Shown: piece after piece, positions 30,612 to 40,276 of the stretch | How the letters are laid out: each line of letters starts with the position of its first letter | Position numbering within the stretch: the first letter of the stretch is position 1 | NCBI GenBank assembly: GCA_965228855.1 | Contig: CBDDIJ010000005.1 | Span: forward strand, 1,088,001-1,152,000 | Direction of reading: 5' to 3' | Origin: Candidatus Obscuribacterales bacterium | GTDB lineage: Bacteria; Cyanobacteriota; Vampirovibrionia; Obscuribacterales; Obscuribacteraceae | Length of the DNA: 64,000 nucleotides | Translations under genes and position numbers: made by a program | The notes under the pieces: model-generated | What the model was told of the DNA's origin: nothing | The model's input: only the letters and a program-made list of their open reading frames with translations | The model's database searches: none

Positions 30612-32435
30612 ATGGACTTTTCTCAAAGAGCACAACGTTTGCAGAAGTACAAAGCACTAGGTATGTTTCTTTGGAAATACGGACATGACGACCTTTTGCA
30701 GAAGGCGGGACTTGACGAATGGCTCGGAAGTCACGGGATCGCGGACATAGGTGGTGTTCAGTCTGCGTTTGTTCCAGGCAACGGAAACGGAAACAGCACT
30801 TATGGCAATGGTTCAGTTTGTGCCACTACTTACGGTGCAGTTGATGTGCCACACGCAGGAACAATCGCTACAAAAGTTCAGGCAGCGTCAGGCCCAAGCA
30901 TAGACTCTGACGATCACAGTTCGGACTTCTTAGGGGACCTCAGTGCACTGGGTCCTACGTACGTGCGCATAGCGCAACTGTTAGCGAAGCGACCGGATCT
31001 TTTACCGCAAAGTATCGCGGACCTGCTAACAGCCAGGCAGATTGCACAAGACCCCATGGGTTTAGTGGAACTTGATGCGACTATTAGAGCAGAGATCGGA
31101 TTACCACTGTCTGAAATCTACACGAAGTTTGATGTCGCACCACTTACGGTGTCCCCTTTCGAACAAAGTCATATTGCAACACTTAAGGACGGCCGGCGAG
31201 TCATAGTCAAGGTTCAAAGACCCAGTATTCAAGGCATAGTCTACGATGACCTCTCAACGTTAGAAGAGGTTGCTGACTTTTGCGATCAACATACAAAAAC
31301 CGGCAAGACTATTTCGTTCAAAACTATTGTTGAAGAATTGAAGAAAACCATTATTGCCGAACTTGACTATCGGCAGGAATCTTACAACCTTGAACACCTG
31401 CAGCATGCACTGAGGGAGCTCGACCACATTGTAGTGCCAGAACCGATCAAACGCTATTCTACGTCGCGCGTCCTCACGCTGAAATTCATTGACGGACGGA
31501 AGCTTCGCGACTCATCGCACTTGGGTCTTCTTGCAGCCGAAAAAGCAGCACTAGCCGGAGAAATATTCCACGCCTATCTCAAGCAAATTCTCCTCGACGG
31601 TTTCGTCCATGGAGACCCGAACCCGGACAACATACTGTTCACTAGCACCGGAAAGCTCGCACTGCTAGACCTTGGAGTAGTAACCAGGGTCTCAGCGTCA
31701 ATGCAGGAGAAGCTTCTTCAGATTTTAGTGGGAATTAACGAGGGACGCGGCGAGCACGTCGCCGATCTTCTCGCCAACCTTTGCTCGAAACGGGAGATTT
31801 TCGATGAGGATGCTTTTCGAAGAGCTATCGCGGACCTCATTTTGGTACATCGCGACGCACCGGCTGACCGACTGGAGATCGGACGCGTTTTTCTAGGCAT
31901 ATCACAGGCGGCCTTCCGAAATGGAATGGCTTTACCGTTTGAGTTTGGTACCCTGGGCACGACGTTAGTCAATCTTGACAGAGTCGCAGACCTCCTCGAC
32001 AACAACTTCGATTCTAGAAAGTTTTTGGAGAAGAACATTACTGAGATTATGAAGGGCCATGTGATGCGGACTCTAACACCCGCTCACGTTTTCCAAAATA
32101 TACTTGAAACAGTAGATCTACTCGAAAAACTGCCTGGAAAAGTCGGAACAATCCTGGACGCAGTCGCAAATAATCAGCTGAAAATCACCGTTGATGCTAT
32201 TGACGAACAAATGCTCATGAGCGGCTGCCAAAAAATAGCTAATCGCATAACTATGGGGCTGGTCTTGGCAGCACTAATAATGGGCGCGGCTCAACTTATG
32301 CAGATCAAATCGACTTTTACGATTTGGGGTTACCCGGGCATCGCCATCATATGCTTCATCCTGGCTGCTGGTTGCGGATTTGGTTTAGTTCTCGAAATAT
32401 TCATTAGCGACAGAAAAACTAATTCCCAGAGTTGA
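30612..32435 (+). CDS. ABC1/UbiB (AarF) family atypical kinase
   Basis: LGPTYVRIAQ, VIVKVQRP, ELDYRQE, HGDPNPDN, LLDLG; C-terminal TMs; probable start ATG at 30612. Confidence 0.88.
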   Translation: MDFSQRAQRLQKYKALGMFLWKYGHDDLLQKAGLDEWLGSHGIADIGGVQSAFVPGNGNGNSTYGNGSVCATTYGAVDVPHAGTIATKVQAASGPSIDSDDHSSDFLGDLSALGPTYVRIAQLLAKRPDLLPQSIADLLTARQIAQDPMGLVELDATIRAEIGLPLSEIYTKFDVAPLTVSPFEQSHIATLKDGRRVIVKVQRPSIQGIVYDDLSTLEEVADFCDQHTKTGKTISFKTIVEELKKTIIAELDYRQESYNLEHLQHALRELDHIVVPEPIKRYSTSRVLTLKFIDGRKLRDSSHLGLLAAEKAALAGEIFHAYLKQILLDGFVHGDPNPDNILFTSTGKLALLDLGVVTRVSASMQEKLLQILVGINEGRGEHVADLLANLCSKREIFDEDAFRRAIADLILVHRDAPADRLEIGRVFLGISQAAFRNGMALPFEFGTLGTTLVNLDRVADLLDNNFDSRKFLEKNITEIMKGHVMRTLTPAHVFQNILETVDLLEKLPGKVGTILDAVANNQLKITVDAIDEQMLMSGCQKIANRITMGLVLAALIMGAAQLMQIKSTFTIWGYPGIAIICFILAAGCGFGLVLEIFISDRKTNSQS

Positions 32436-32456
32436 AACGAGGACGGGTTCTTCTTA

Positions 32457-32692
32457 GACAGATATCGGTCAGGAGGATCGCTTTTTGGGCAGACACACCG
32501 TCTCGTAACTTTCGAAAGAGCGTTCGCATCTGTTGTATCGGAACCGATATCGGTTCAAAAAGCAGGCAGCAGACCAATCGTCCAAGATTTTTCCAAGCTT
32601 GCTTCGCAGAAGACGATTTGTGCTATTTCGTAAGTGGTCAAGAATCCGGAAAGTTTGTGGCATGCCTGTCACGCAGAAACCCGATATCGAGA
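32457..32692. repeat. Palindrome cluster (one perfect, two degenerate copies)
   Basis: GAACCGATATCGGTTC at 32541-56; GACAGATATCGGTC at 32457; ACCCGATATCGAGA at 32679. Confidence 0.85.
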
Positions 32693-32730
32693 CCTGAGTA
32701 TAAAATCATTGCATAGCAGAGGTTTAAGTA

Positions 32731-32934
32731 ATGAATCAGACGATGGTTGGCAAGCCGCCAAAGCCCGGCAAGTATCACTGTCTCAAATGCGAGAAAGTTT
32801 TTGCTTTTGACGAAGGCGCACTGCGTTGCCCAAAGTGCGATAACACCTCTCGGAATGAGTTAGTTCCAGTTGACGTCAGCGACGTCAAAGAGGAAGAGAT
32901 GATGCACACTGATGTCGATTTCCAGGGCGGATAA
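32731..32934 (+). CDS. Small zinc-ribbon protein
   Basis: CLKC..CPKC, acidic tail ending QGG; AGAGG RBS. Confidence 0.7.
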   Translation: MNQTMVGKPPKPGKYHCLKCEKVFAFDEGALRCPKCDNTSRNELVPVDVSDVKEEEMMHTDVDFQGG

Positions 32935-32945
32935 GCGGGCTGCCT

Positions 32946-33218
32946 ATGCCCATTGACTGCGCCAGACTAAGAGGGAGAATGATCATGTACCTTGTAGATA
33001 GATTTGATTTACCTGAATATCAACAAGAAGCACGCGAAGCAAAATCTGCGAAGATGCTTTTCGCATTGTGGGACAAAGTGTGCAGTCATTATGATCGTGG
33101 ACAAATTGGTCGCTACGAACTGGAAGAGATGCGCGACTTGGTTTGGGAACAGATGACTAGCCTTGTAAAACTACAGTCCCAAATTGACGCTTCTTTCAGC
33201 GTGCGGAAGGCGAGCTAG
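32946..33218 (+). CDS. Small hypothetical protein
   Basis: Helical 90-aa ORF; true start may be the internal Met after GGGAGA. Confidence 0.6.
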   Translation: MPIDCARLRGRMIMYLVDRFDLPEYQQEAREAKSAKMLFALWDKVCSHYDRGQIGRYELEEMRDLVWEQMTSLVKLQSQIDASFSVRKAS

Positions 33219-34827
33219 CCGCCACCCCTAGTCTATCGCGAATGATTTGGGCGCGTAGTTCGTATCCAGCCGATAAATCACCGTCTCCAATCAGTCGAAA
33301 TTGAGCGGCCCAACTCTCGAGCAAATGAGCGAAAAATAGTGTGTTTACAGCCTCTGCCTGCTCCGCCTCCCTCAACGCTCTCTTGAGGAGCTGGTCCGCT
33401 TCTGTTTTGCTGCCGACCTCAAGATAGACGAGCGCCAACCTGTGACAAAGACCTTTGCTCCACTCATGGTTACTGGCGAATCGTTGCATAAAGTCATTTG
33501 CTATATTCCGGAGGTGGCGCGCGTCTTGATCGCGCCCCAGTAAAATAGTCAGCCGCAGCGCATCCGCTAATTGAGGGAAATACCAATTCCCATCAAACTT
33601 GAGCTGCAACGCTCGTGTGCAGAGTTCGTTAGCCTCTTCGAATTCTTGCTGATCAAAGCGGACTGCCGCCAGCTCCAGAAGGCTACCTACGAGTTTGGGA
33701 CTATTGACCCGCTCATCGGTTTCCAATGCGTATTTGGCAAAATCGGCAGCTTCGTCAAGGCGTCCAATCCTGCGCAACAGACGAGACAAGTTAACGGCTT
33801 CTCCAGAAGCATATGCACTGCGTTCATCTGCCTGGCAGCGATCACGCGAGTCATCTATGATCGATTTGAAGGCATCCAGTGATTCACGTCGAAGATTTTC
33901 CAATGACTCGAAGTCTTTAGTGAATTCGCACAATTTTTCGTATTCAACTATCAGGTTATGCGTCGGCAGTGGTGGCACCTGAGAGCGACAAATCAACGCC
34001 GCTTCGGCAAGATGCGTTTCAGCGCCCTTGTAATTTTTGGCTGCGATGGACTTGAGACGCGCCAGGCGTGTAAGAGCTTCCACCTGTGTATGCGCGGATG
34101 TCTGCGGAGACAAAGTAGCCTGTTCGATAGCTAGCCGGAAATTCTGCTCAGCGGCGGCGAAATTTTGTTTGCGCATTTGAAGTTTTGCCAGAAGCATTGC
34201 CGCTTCAGCAGCTGATTGTGCAAATTTCACATCATCACAAAGGAGAGGCACGGCGCGCTCCGCCAGACGTTCCGATTCAGATTCATTATCTTCTTCGTGA
34301 AATTGAGCGAGCATGAATAGACTCTTGCCGAGCAGCGGTTTATTCTGTACACCGACCTCCATTCTGGAAACCAACTCGGCAAGCAACTGCCTGCGTTCCT
34401 CCCGCTTTCCTCTCAAAAGAAAAAGTGTCGACAGATGCTCAGCAGGAAATACTATGGAAGCCTCGCCTAATTCTTGGTATATCGAAATCGCCTCCCTGAG
34501 TAATTTCTCGGACTCCTCACTTTCGTAAGGCGCATAAATTCGTCCCAGAGCCGTCAAGGTTTCCGCGACTTCTTCATGCAATTCGCCATGCACTTCCTTT
34601 CGGATTGCGAGGGCGCGAAGAAGATAGCCTTCGGCTTCATCGAAACTGCCGATGACAGTCATGAGCAAGCCCAGTTGTTGGAAGGTCTCAGCTAGAAGAT
34701 TACGATGTCTCTGATTCTTCTCTACCGAACCAACTGCGTCGAGGTAAATCTTTTCAGCTTCTAGATTCGCTCCCTCAGCGGCAAGAGCTCCAGCTCTCTC
34801 CATCAACTCTTTCCACCTTTTGCTCAC
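33196..34827 (-). CDS. Tetratricopeptide-repeat protein
   Basis: AEGYLLRALAIRKEVHGELHEEVAETLTALG and similar repeats; GGAGG RBS. Confidence 0.8.
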   Translation of the reverse strand: MSKRWKELMERAGALAAEGANLEAEKIYLDAVGSVEKNQRHRNLLAETFQQLGLLMTVIGSFDEAEGYLLRALAIRKEVHGELHEEVAETLTALGRIYAPYESEESEKLLREAISIYQELGEASIVFPAEHLSTLFLLRGKREERRQLLAELVSRMEVGVQNKPLLGKSLFMLAQFHEEDNESESERLAERAVPLLCDDVKFAQSAAEAAMLLAKLQMRKQNFAAAEQNFRLAIEQATLSPQTSAHTQVEALTRLARLKSIAAKNYKGAETHLAEAALICRSQVPPLPTHNLIVEYEKLCEFTKDFESLENLRRESLDAFKSIIDDSRDRCQADERSAYASGEAVNLSRLLRRIGRLDEAADFAKYALETDERVNSPKLVGSLLELAAVRFDQQEFEEANELCTRALQLKFDGNWYFPQLADALRLTILLGRDQDARHLRNIANDFMQRFASNHEWSKGLCHRLALVYLEVGSKTEADQLLKRALREAEQAEAVNTLFFAHLLESWAAQFRLIGDGDLSAGYELRAQIIRDRLGVAASSPSAR

Positions 34828-34939
34828 TGGTCCTCCGCATCACACAAAAACACCTATCGCGCCCAGATTTTTCGACAACAATATAAGAGTTGGTCATTAT
34901 AGACCAATGCTGCACCATTTTATGAGGTAGTAAATGAAG

Positions 34940-35036
34940 CTGAATCGATATCGGTTCAGGACCAACCTACCAAGTCTTACAAAAATGAGATAAACCGATA
35001 TCGTTTTCAGCCTGCAATCTGAACCGATATCGGTTT
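34940..35036. repeat. Cluster of three AACCGATATCGGTT-family palindromes
   Basis: Cores at 34943 (1 mismatch), 34993 (1 mismatch) and 35022 (perfect). Confidence 0.92.
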
Positions 35037-35060
35037 ATAAAATAAAGAGTGCGGTTCTAG

Positions 35061-35513
35061 CTAAAACACGATCTTCGCGGTCACGTCTTCGCGTTTTTTG
35101 CTAAGTCCTTCTCCAAGTTGATTCAAGTCGACCGAAGTTTTTTCCAAGGACGAAAAGAGATCTTGTTCCTCTTCAGTAAAATGCTTCTTAACAAGATTTC
35201 GCAGTTCCTGGAATTGAGCATCGAAATCAGCCTCATCCCCCATTAAGCGCTGCACCTGTGCCGTCATGATTTTCACTTGTTCATGATTTTCAATGAATTG
35301 ATCTAGGCTGGAAACGCCATCGATATCACGAATTGCGGGATAAAAAACTTCTATCTCAAGCACCGACAAAACGTTCAACTCGAAAGCGACATCTGCCAGT
35401 ACCTTCTCTTTGTCGTCAGCACTGAGCTTCGAATCATACTTGTCGAATTTCTCTAAAACGCGCGCATGCGCCGACTTTAATACCTCGACAGCGCTTCCTT
35501 GCTTCAGTGTCAT
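35061..35513 (-). CDS. Hemerythrin-domain protein
   Basis: LKSAH..EIEVFYPAI..ENHEQVK..HFTEEEQDLF; AGGAGG RBS. Confidence 0.8.
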   Translation of the reverse strand: MTLKQGSAVEVLKSAHARVLEKFDKYDSKLSADDKEKVLADVAFELNVLSVLEIEVFYPAIRDIDGVSSLDQFIENHEQVKIMTAQVQRLMGDEADFDAQFQELRNLVKKHFTEEEQDLFSSLEKTSVDLNQLGEGLSKKREDVTAKIVF

Positions 35514-35697
35514 TTACTCGTCCTCCTGTGCGGTTACATTCTTTCTTTATGTAGCGCAACTGCGGACTCCTCGCGCTGAGCAATTTTAGCTCTTGAGTTT
35601 GCTTCCTCTACGATTCAATGCACCGTCTCCAGAAGTGACGCAAGAAGCACTGCCGCCCTTCCGGTGAAAGCCTGGAAAAACAAGGTGGGAGGACGGT

Positions 35698-37635
35698 TCA
35701 GGAAGAGCCTGGCGCGCGCTGAACTCGGACAATCAATCCGAGTTCATGGATACCGTCTTCTACAGACAGGCCGGTTCTGTGGCACAACTTGAACAACAAC
35801 ATGGCTTCTTCGGTCGTGAGCATATTTTCTCGGACATAGAAATGGCAGAGCAAAGCAATCTGAGCGGCCGATTCAGCCACGACGCCTGACGTTACTAACG
35901 CCTTACTCACGAACGATGGACTTCGGCGAGCGGTCTCGATAGCCTCCTCCACTTGCGTTGCAGAAACCAACTCGACACTTTCCACAAATTGTTCAAAACT
36001 CAAGGAGCTACGTTTGCTGTTAAATTTCTGATTTCGTTTGAGCGCTATTGCCAACGTCAGACCGTGATGGTGAACATCGATAAGCGCATAAACCGCATCT
36101 ATCAGGGCAAGACCGCCTTGTGCCACCAATGCCTGAAGCGTCAAGGCACTGTCCAGTACTAACTGCGTGACGTAGCCGAAACTGACAAGTATTTCACCGA
36201 CCGGAGAGTTATTACGCAAACCCATTTCAACAGCAGTATCTAGCTGAAGTTCGGTCACAACGCCTGCAAGGGTTAGTAGTTCACCAAGACGCACCGAATG
36301 CAATGGCGAAATATCTGCGTCATCTGCTGAGCCATTCTTTCTAAGCTCGTGTTGTCGGCGGGCGCTTCTCTTAATTGCGACAACAGCATCAGCTTTCTGC
36401 ATTCTCCCCTGTCGCACATAACGCTGCACGTTCGTAATCGATTCAAGTAGTTGAGCTGTAATCAAGTTAGATATCGATAAATACCGGCCCAGCGGTATTC
36501 CAAAATCGTTAGCCTTCACTAAAGCGTCTTCCAATTCCTCTTCCGAAATTAACTCGGCCGCCGTAAGCAGGTCACCAATTCTGGTGGCATTTTTCTCCAA
36601 AACTTGAAGAGCGTCGGAACTATCAACACAGTTGAGGGCTCGTTGAATGGTCATCCCCTTGCTGGACATCAAGTCAGCGACTCGAGCAGCCTTCTGCAGC
36701 GAAATTACATTTTCTCGCAATAGAGTATGAAGTTGTACAGTCCACTGGAGTTGCCTCCCGGAGAGATGCCCCGACATTATCAATGCGTGGTCAACGGAAA
36801 TAGAGGTTTCGTTAGCGATAGAAATCGCCGCCTTAAGCGCATCAGGCGAAACGATCCCCAGAGTTTGTAACAAACGTCCAAGCTGCATATCAGCTGATTC
36901 GCTACTAGAATCAACGCATTCAAATTGGCGACGGCCGTCGCGGTCCTCGTCGCTAAGTACCGGGTTCAAGTCGCCAGCAATCGCACTTTCCACAAGCACA
37001 CCGACTGAATCCGATGTTACCTGATCGATGGCTTCAATGAGGTGCGGGTATGTGCTCACCCACAAATCTTCGAACTCCTGCAATAACTCATCAGTCTCGT
37101 CATTAACACCGATTAGATTTCTAGCTGCCGGTCTCTGCTCTTCGTATAGTGAGCGCTCGTGGGTAGATTCGCTTCCAACTCCGTCATGAGTTAAACCATC
37201 AATCGATATCGGTTTATGCTCTGAATGAGTGAGGGAAACGTCAACTACTGACATCGAAAAGCTCAGGCGCGCCAATCCGTGCTCTGAGTCAACATTTAAT
37301 TCAACGACCTCACCGCGTTGAAGCACTTCTTCTTGTGCACCACCTGTGATGACAGATTCGCGTCTTACATCGCAGTCGTAATCCAAAGAGATATGATAAG
37401 AGCCTACTTGATCGTCAATAGGCCCTACACCGCAATTAGCGTTTTTCGATTGCATCGTGCCATTCGATGCATCCTCTGAGCAGGTCGCATTCAGATAATC
37501 GGCTACCGGAGGATCAGTAACAGAGGTTTCAATAGACCGTCTTCGACGCAGAGTCCCCCGAGGTGGCCGCGCCGTTCGTACTCGCTCCTGGGCAATCGCA
37601 GCTGTAGACTGCTGTGCGGACGCATTCACCGTCAT
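35698..37635 (-). CDS. MshEN-like repeat protein with disordered N-terminus
   Basis: QLGRLL, RIGDLL and RLGELLTLAGVV..PVGEILVSFG repeats; probable start ATG at 37635. Confidence 0.6.
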   Translation of the reverse strand: MTVNASAQQSTAAIAQERVRTARPPRGTLRRRRSIETSVTDPPVADYLNATCSEDASNGTMQSKNANCGVGPIDDQVGSYHISLDYDCDVRRESVITGGAQEEVLQRGEVVELNVDSEHGLARLSFSMSVVDVSLTHSEHKPISIDGLTHDGVGSESTHERSLYEEQRPAARNLIGVNDETDELLQEFEDLWVSTYPHLIEAIDQVTSDSVGVLVESAIAGDLNPVLSDEDRDGRRQFECVDSSSESADMQLGRLLQTLGIVSPDALKAAISIANETSISVDHALIMSGHLSGRQLQWTVQLHTLLRENVISLQKAARVADLMSSKGMTIQRALNCVDSSDALQVLEKNATRIGDLLTAAELISEEELEDALVKANDFGIPLGRYLSISNLITAQLLESITNVQRYVRQGRMQKADAVVAIKRSARRQHELRKNGSADDADISPLHSVRLGELLTLAGVVTELQLDTAVEMGLRNNSPVGEILVSFGYVTQLVLDSALTLQALVAQGGLALIDAVYALIDVHHHGLTLAIALKRNQKFNSKRSSLSFEQFVESVELVSATQVEEAIETARRSPSFVSKALVTSGVVAESAAQIALLCHFYVRENMLTTEEAMLLFKLCHRTGLSVEDGIHELGLIVRVQRAPGSS

Positions 37636-37710
37636 AGCAAATTCCCCAAATTTTATTTCCGGGCAAAACCCGGTAGTAAAAGACACTGCAGAGCAGTTAT
37701 ATAAAACCAG

Positions 37711-37729
37711 CGTGACGACAATGTGACCG
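37711..37729 (-). promoter_or_regulatory. OmpR/PhoB-type direct repeat upstream of a -10 box
   Basis: CGGTCACATTGTCGTCACG; second half-site lies 10 nt before TATAAC; 15/19 identical to 55093-55111. Confidence 0.45.
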
Positions 37730-37784
37730 GCTCACCCATGAACCGGGGCAGCACGTACAATCGGTCTCGACTCTTTCGTTCAAG

Positions 37785-37798
37785 AACCGATATCGGAG
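37785..37798. repeat. Degenerate palindrome copy
   Basis: AACCGATATCGGAG, 2 mismatches, just past the vWA stop codon. Confidence 0.7.
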
Positions 37799-37814
37799 AA
37801 TGAACTATCCCAGC

Positions 37815-39143
37815 TTACTTTTTGCGCTCTTCTAGAAACTTCCACCATCCCGCGCGCTCGAGCGTTCGGTGATCAATCTGGCTGGTCTGCGTGAGATACG
37901 TTGTGTACTCCATGCTTTTGCGGCAGCGCTCATCCCATTCCTGGTCAGCCACGATTCGCATTTGCTCAAGCGCCGCTACAAGCTCATCTGTGAATGGAAT
38001 GTCATCGCAATACCTGGCAAAGTATTTGAGTTCGTAGTCGAGATATTTACAGAGCTCCGTGAGTTTTTTCTCGCGGTTGAATCTTACGGCCTTGCGCACA
38101 ATGTTTGACTGCCAGATCTCCGCAACACGCTGTGACAATTCAATATTGATAGGTTGGTTTGCATTTCGCACTGGACCGGCTAACGTCAGCGTTTTGCTCT
38201 CGCCGTGGACCTTATCGCGCTTTCCGCTGCCAGTCCAGAGCCAGTTACAGGTTATGTCGAAATGCAGTTTATCTCCATCTCTTCCTTCCGGAGAAACTAC
38301 CTTAAAGATAGCGGTTCTTGTTCCACTTGGTGCGAGGCTACCCATCTGGCACAGGATACTCGAATTCGATGCAACCGTTGGAAATCCGCTTATGCTCTCC
38401 ACTTTTACCCGGTCTGAAAATTTTAGGGTTACAGAAATGTCTTCAACGGCGGTATTTTGCAGTTCTCTCAATTCCCCGAGCACGACTTCGATAATCTCAC
38501 CCGGGAATTCTGCATCATGCAATCGACCACCACCAAAATCAGCAAGCGATTGAAGTTGAACGGAAGAATAATCGTTTCCAATCCCAACGCAGGACGTCAG
38601 CACTCCTCGCTGGCGGAGCTGATCCGCATGATGCTCAAGAACTATTGGATTGGTCAGCCCGACATTAGCATGACCGTCTGAAAGTATGATGACATGGTTG
38701 TGCAACTTCTTGCTTTGCTGCATTACTTTCGCAACGCATTCCGCCCCTTTCATCCAACCAGCGCCGAGGTTGGTATTGTCGCGGCACTTGAGCTCCTCTA
38801 TCGATCTGATTGCCCTCGAGCGACCTTCTTTGTCGAGTTTTATTCCGTCCACATGAACGAAGATTTCCGATGCGAATGAGATGATCGAAAGGCGATCCCG
38901 CTCACACAAGGAGTGCATGACCCCGATAACAGACTCCTTCGCCGACTCCAAACGTTTTCCACCCATAGAGGCTGAGGCGTCCAAAACCAGGGCAATATTC
39001 AACCCTGGTTTATCTCCATTCCCTTCAAAGACAAAATCGGGTGCCTTCAAATCCACCACGAGGTAACGAGTGGACTTACCTTTCTCGCTTACGAAATTTT
39101 TGTCGAACGATGCGTCTACAGAAATGCCAGCACCACTATTCAT
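37815..39143 (-). CDS. von Willebrand factor A (vWA) domain protein
   Basis: MIDAS motif DASASM, TNLGAG, IILSDGHAN, GIGNDY; overlaps the upstream MerR gene stop. Confidence 0.88.
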   Translation of the reverse strand: MNSGAGISVDASFDKNFVSEKGKSTRYLVVDLKAPDFVFEGNGDKPGLNIALVLDASASMGGKRLESAKESVIGVMHSLCERDRLSIISFASEIFVHVDGIKLDKEGRSRAIRSIEELKCRDNTNLGAGWMKGAECVAKVMQQSKKLHNHVIILSDGHANVGLTNPIVLEHHADQLRQRGVLTSCVGIGNDYSSVQLQSLADFGGGRLHDAEFPGEIIEVVLGELRELQNTAVEDISVTLKFSDRVKVESISGFPTVASNSSILCQMGSLAPSGTRTAIFKVVSPEGRDGDKLHFDITCNWLWTGSGKRDKVHGESKTLTLAGPVRNANQPINIELSQRVAEIWQSNIVRKAVRFNREKKLTELCKYLDYELKYFARYCDDIPFTDELVAALEQMRIVADQEWDERCRKSMEYTTYLTQTSQIDHRTLERAGWWKFLEERKK

Positions 39144-40011
39144 AACTTCCTCCTGTGAGGAGTTCCCTCAGATAATCAGCGACACGTTCGAGCTGCGCCA
39201 AGTGTTGTTCGTCTTGAATACCACGCACAGACAGCTCGATGTCCGGAGTGACTTGTATGCGGTGCCAGACCTCCCTTTTTGATTGCCTTCTGGCCGTTTT
39301 CTGGCCTAGCTGATGTTGAAGACCGACCACGAGTCGATCTACAGGCGTCGAAAGCCTGTCTTTTGTGATTCTCTGTTCGTTGTCTAAATCGCGAGTCTGG
39401 TTCCCTTGCGGCACTATATCCGGTGCTACGTCCGCAAAAACATCGACCGCTGCCGACGGATCGTGACAGTCATCAATATGCAAGTCTTGCGATTGAGTAT
39501 CTAAGGCTTTCGCCTTGAAACCCAGTCGGGATGCTATCGCATCTGCGATGGAGAGTGGGTGCCCTTCATTTTTCAGTGAAGAAGATTGATATTGCGCAGA
39601 ATCTCCTCCTTTACCCCAAGCATTTTGGACGGGCTCATTTGGTGGGGGCGCGATCGCCTCAGTCTGCCCTGACTCAAATTGCAGACTTTGCGAGAGAATG
39701 TAGTCGAGTGCCGAGCTGCCGACAAAATTTGAATCAATCGAACCTGTTTCGGCAAGTGCGGCAATCTCAGCGTCACTCATCAACAGAAGCTGCTGCCTGA
39801 CTTCGCTTAATCGGAGTCCTTGTCTTTCTTTCAAGATTTTGATGGCCTGAAGTCTTTCCAGATGCTGCCTGGAGTACCGGGCATAACGACCCAGACTCGT
39901 CGGTCCACGCATCAACCCCTGCTCGATAAAACTTCGGATAACCCGCGTGTCGAGTCCAGACTCATGTGAGAGTTCTTCGAGAGAGAATGTCGTGGAACTT
40001 GAGTCACTCAT
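39136..40011 (-). CDS. MerR-family HTH regulator
   Basis: SLEELSHESGLDTRVIRSFIEQGLM..RYSRQHLERLQAIK; C-terminal WHRIQVTPDIELSVR. Confidence 0.8.
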   Translation of the reverse strand: MSDSSSTTFSLEELSHESGLDTRVIRSFIEQGLMRGPTSLGRYARYSRQHLERLQAIKILKERQGLRLSEVRQQLLLMSDAEIAALAETGSIDSNFVGSSALDYILSQSLQFESGQTEAIAPPPNEPVQNAWGKGGDSAQYQSSSLKNEGHPLSIADAIASRLGFKAKALDTQSQDLHIDDCHDPSAAVDVFADVAPDIVPQGNQTRDLDNEQRITKDRLSTPVDRLVVGLQHQLGQKTARRQSKREVWHRIQVTPDIELSVRGIQDEQHLAQLERVADYLRELLTGGSYE

Positions 40012-40017
40012 AACTCG

Positions 40018-40046
40018 AACTTATCACGCTCAATTCGCCATGTCAA
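40018..40046 (-). promoter_or_regulatory. Sigma70-type promoter, probably giving a leaderless MerR mRNA
   Basis: TTGACA-17 bp-TAAGTT with extended TG; ATG lies 6 nt after the -10 box; no SD. Confidence 0.65.
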
Positions 40047-40178
40047 ATTGAAACCCTGAACTGGTGGGATTTACCAAAACCTAACTCTTCGAGCACCAGC
40101 AAAACTCAGGAAAAATCCGCTGGATCCAATCCCGGTTTCCAAGTAGAGTAGTTTCATCGCGAGCTCGTATGGTTGATA

Positions 40179-40192
40179 AACCGATATCGGTT
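40179..40192. repeat. AACCGATATCGGTT palindrome copy
   Basis: Perfect core in a divergent intergenic region. Confidence 0.95.
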
Positions 40193-40276
40193 CGTGAAAT
40201 TTGAATCGGTGGAGATTTCTGCCGCTGCGATTCCGGACCTTACTAATCCCCAAATTCGAAATAGGTCGCCTAATCC

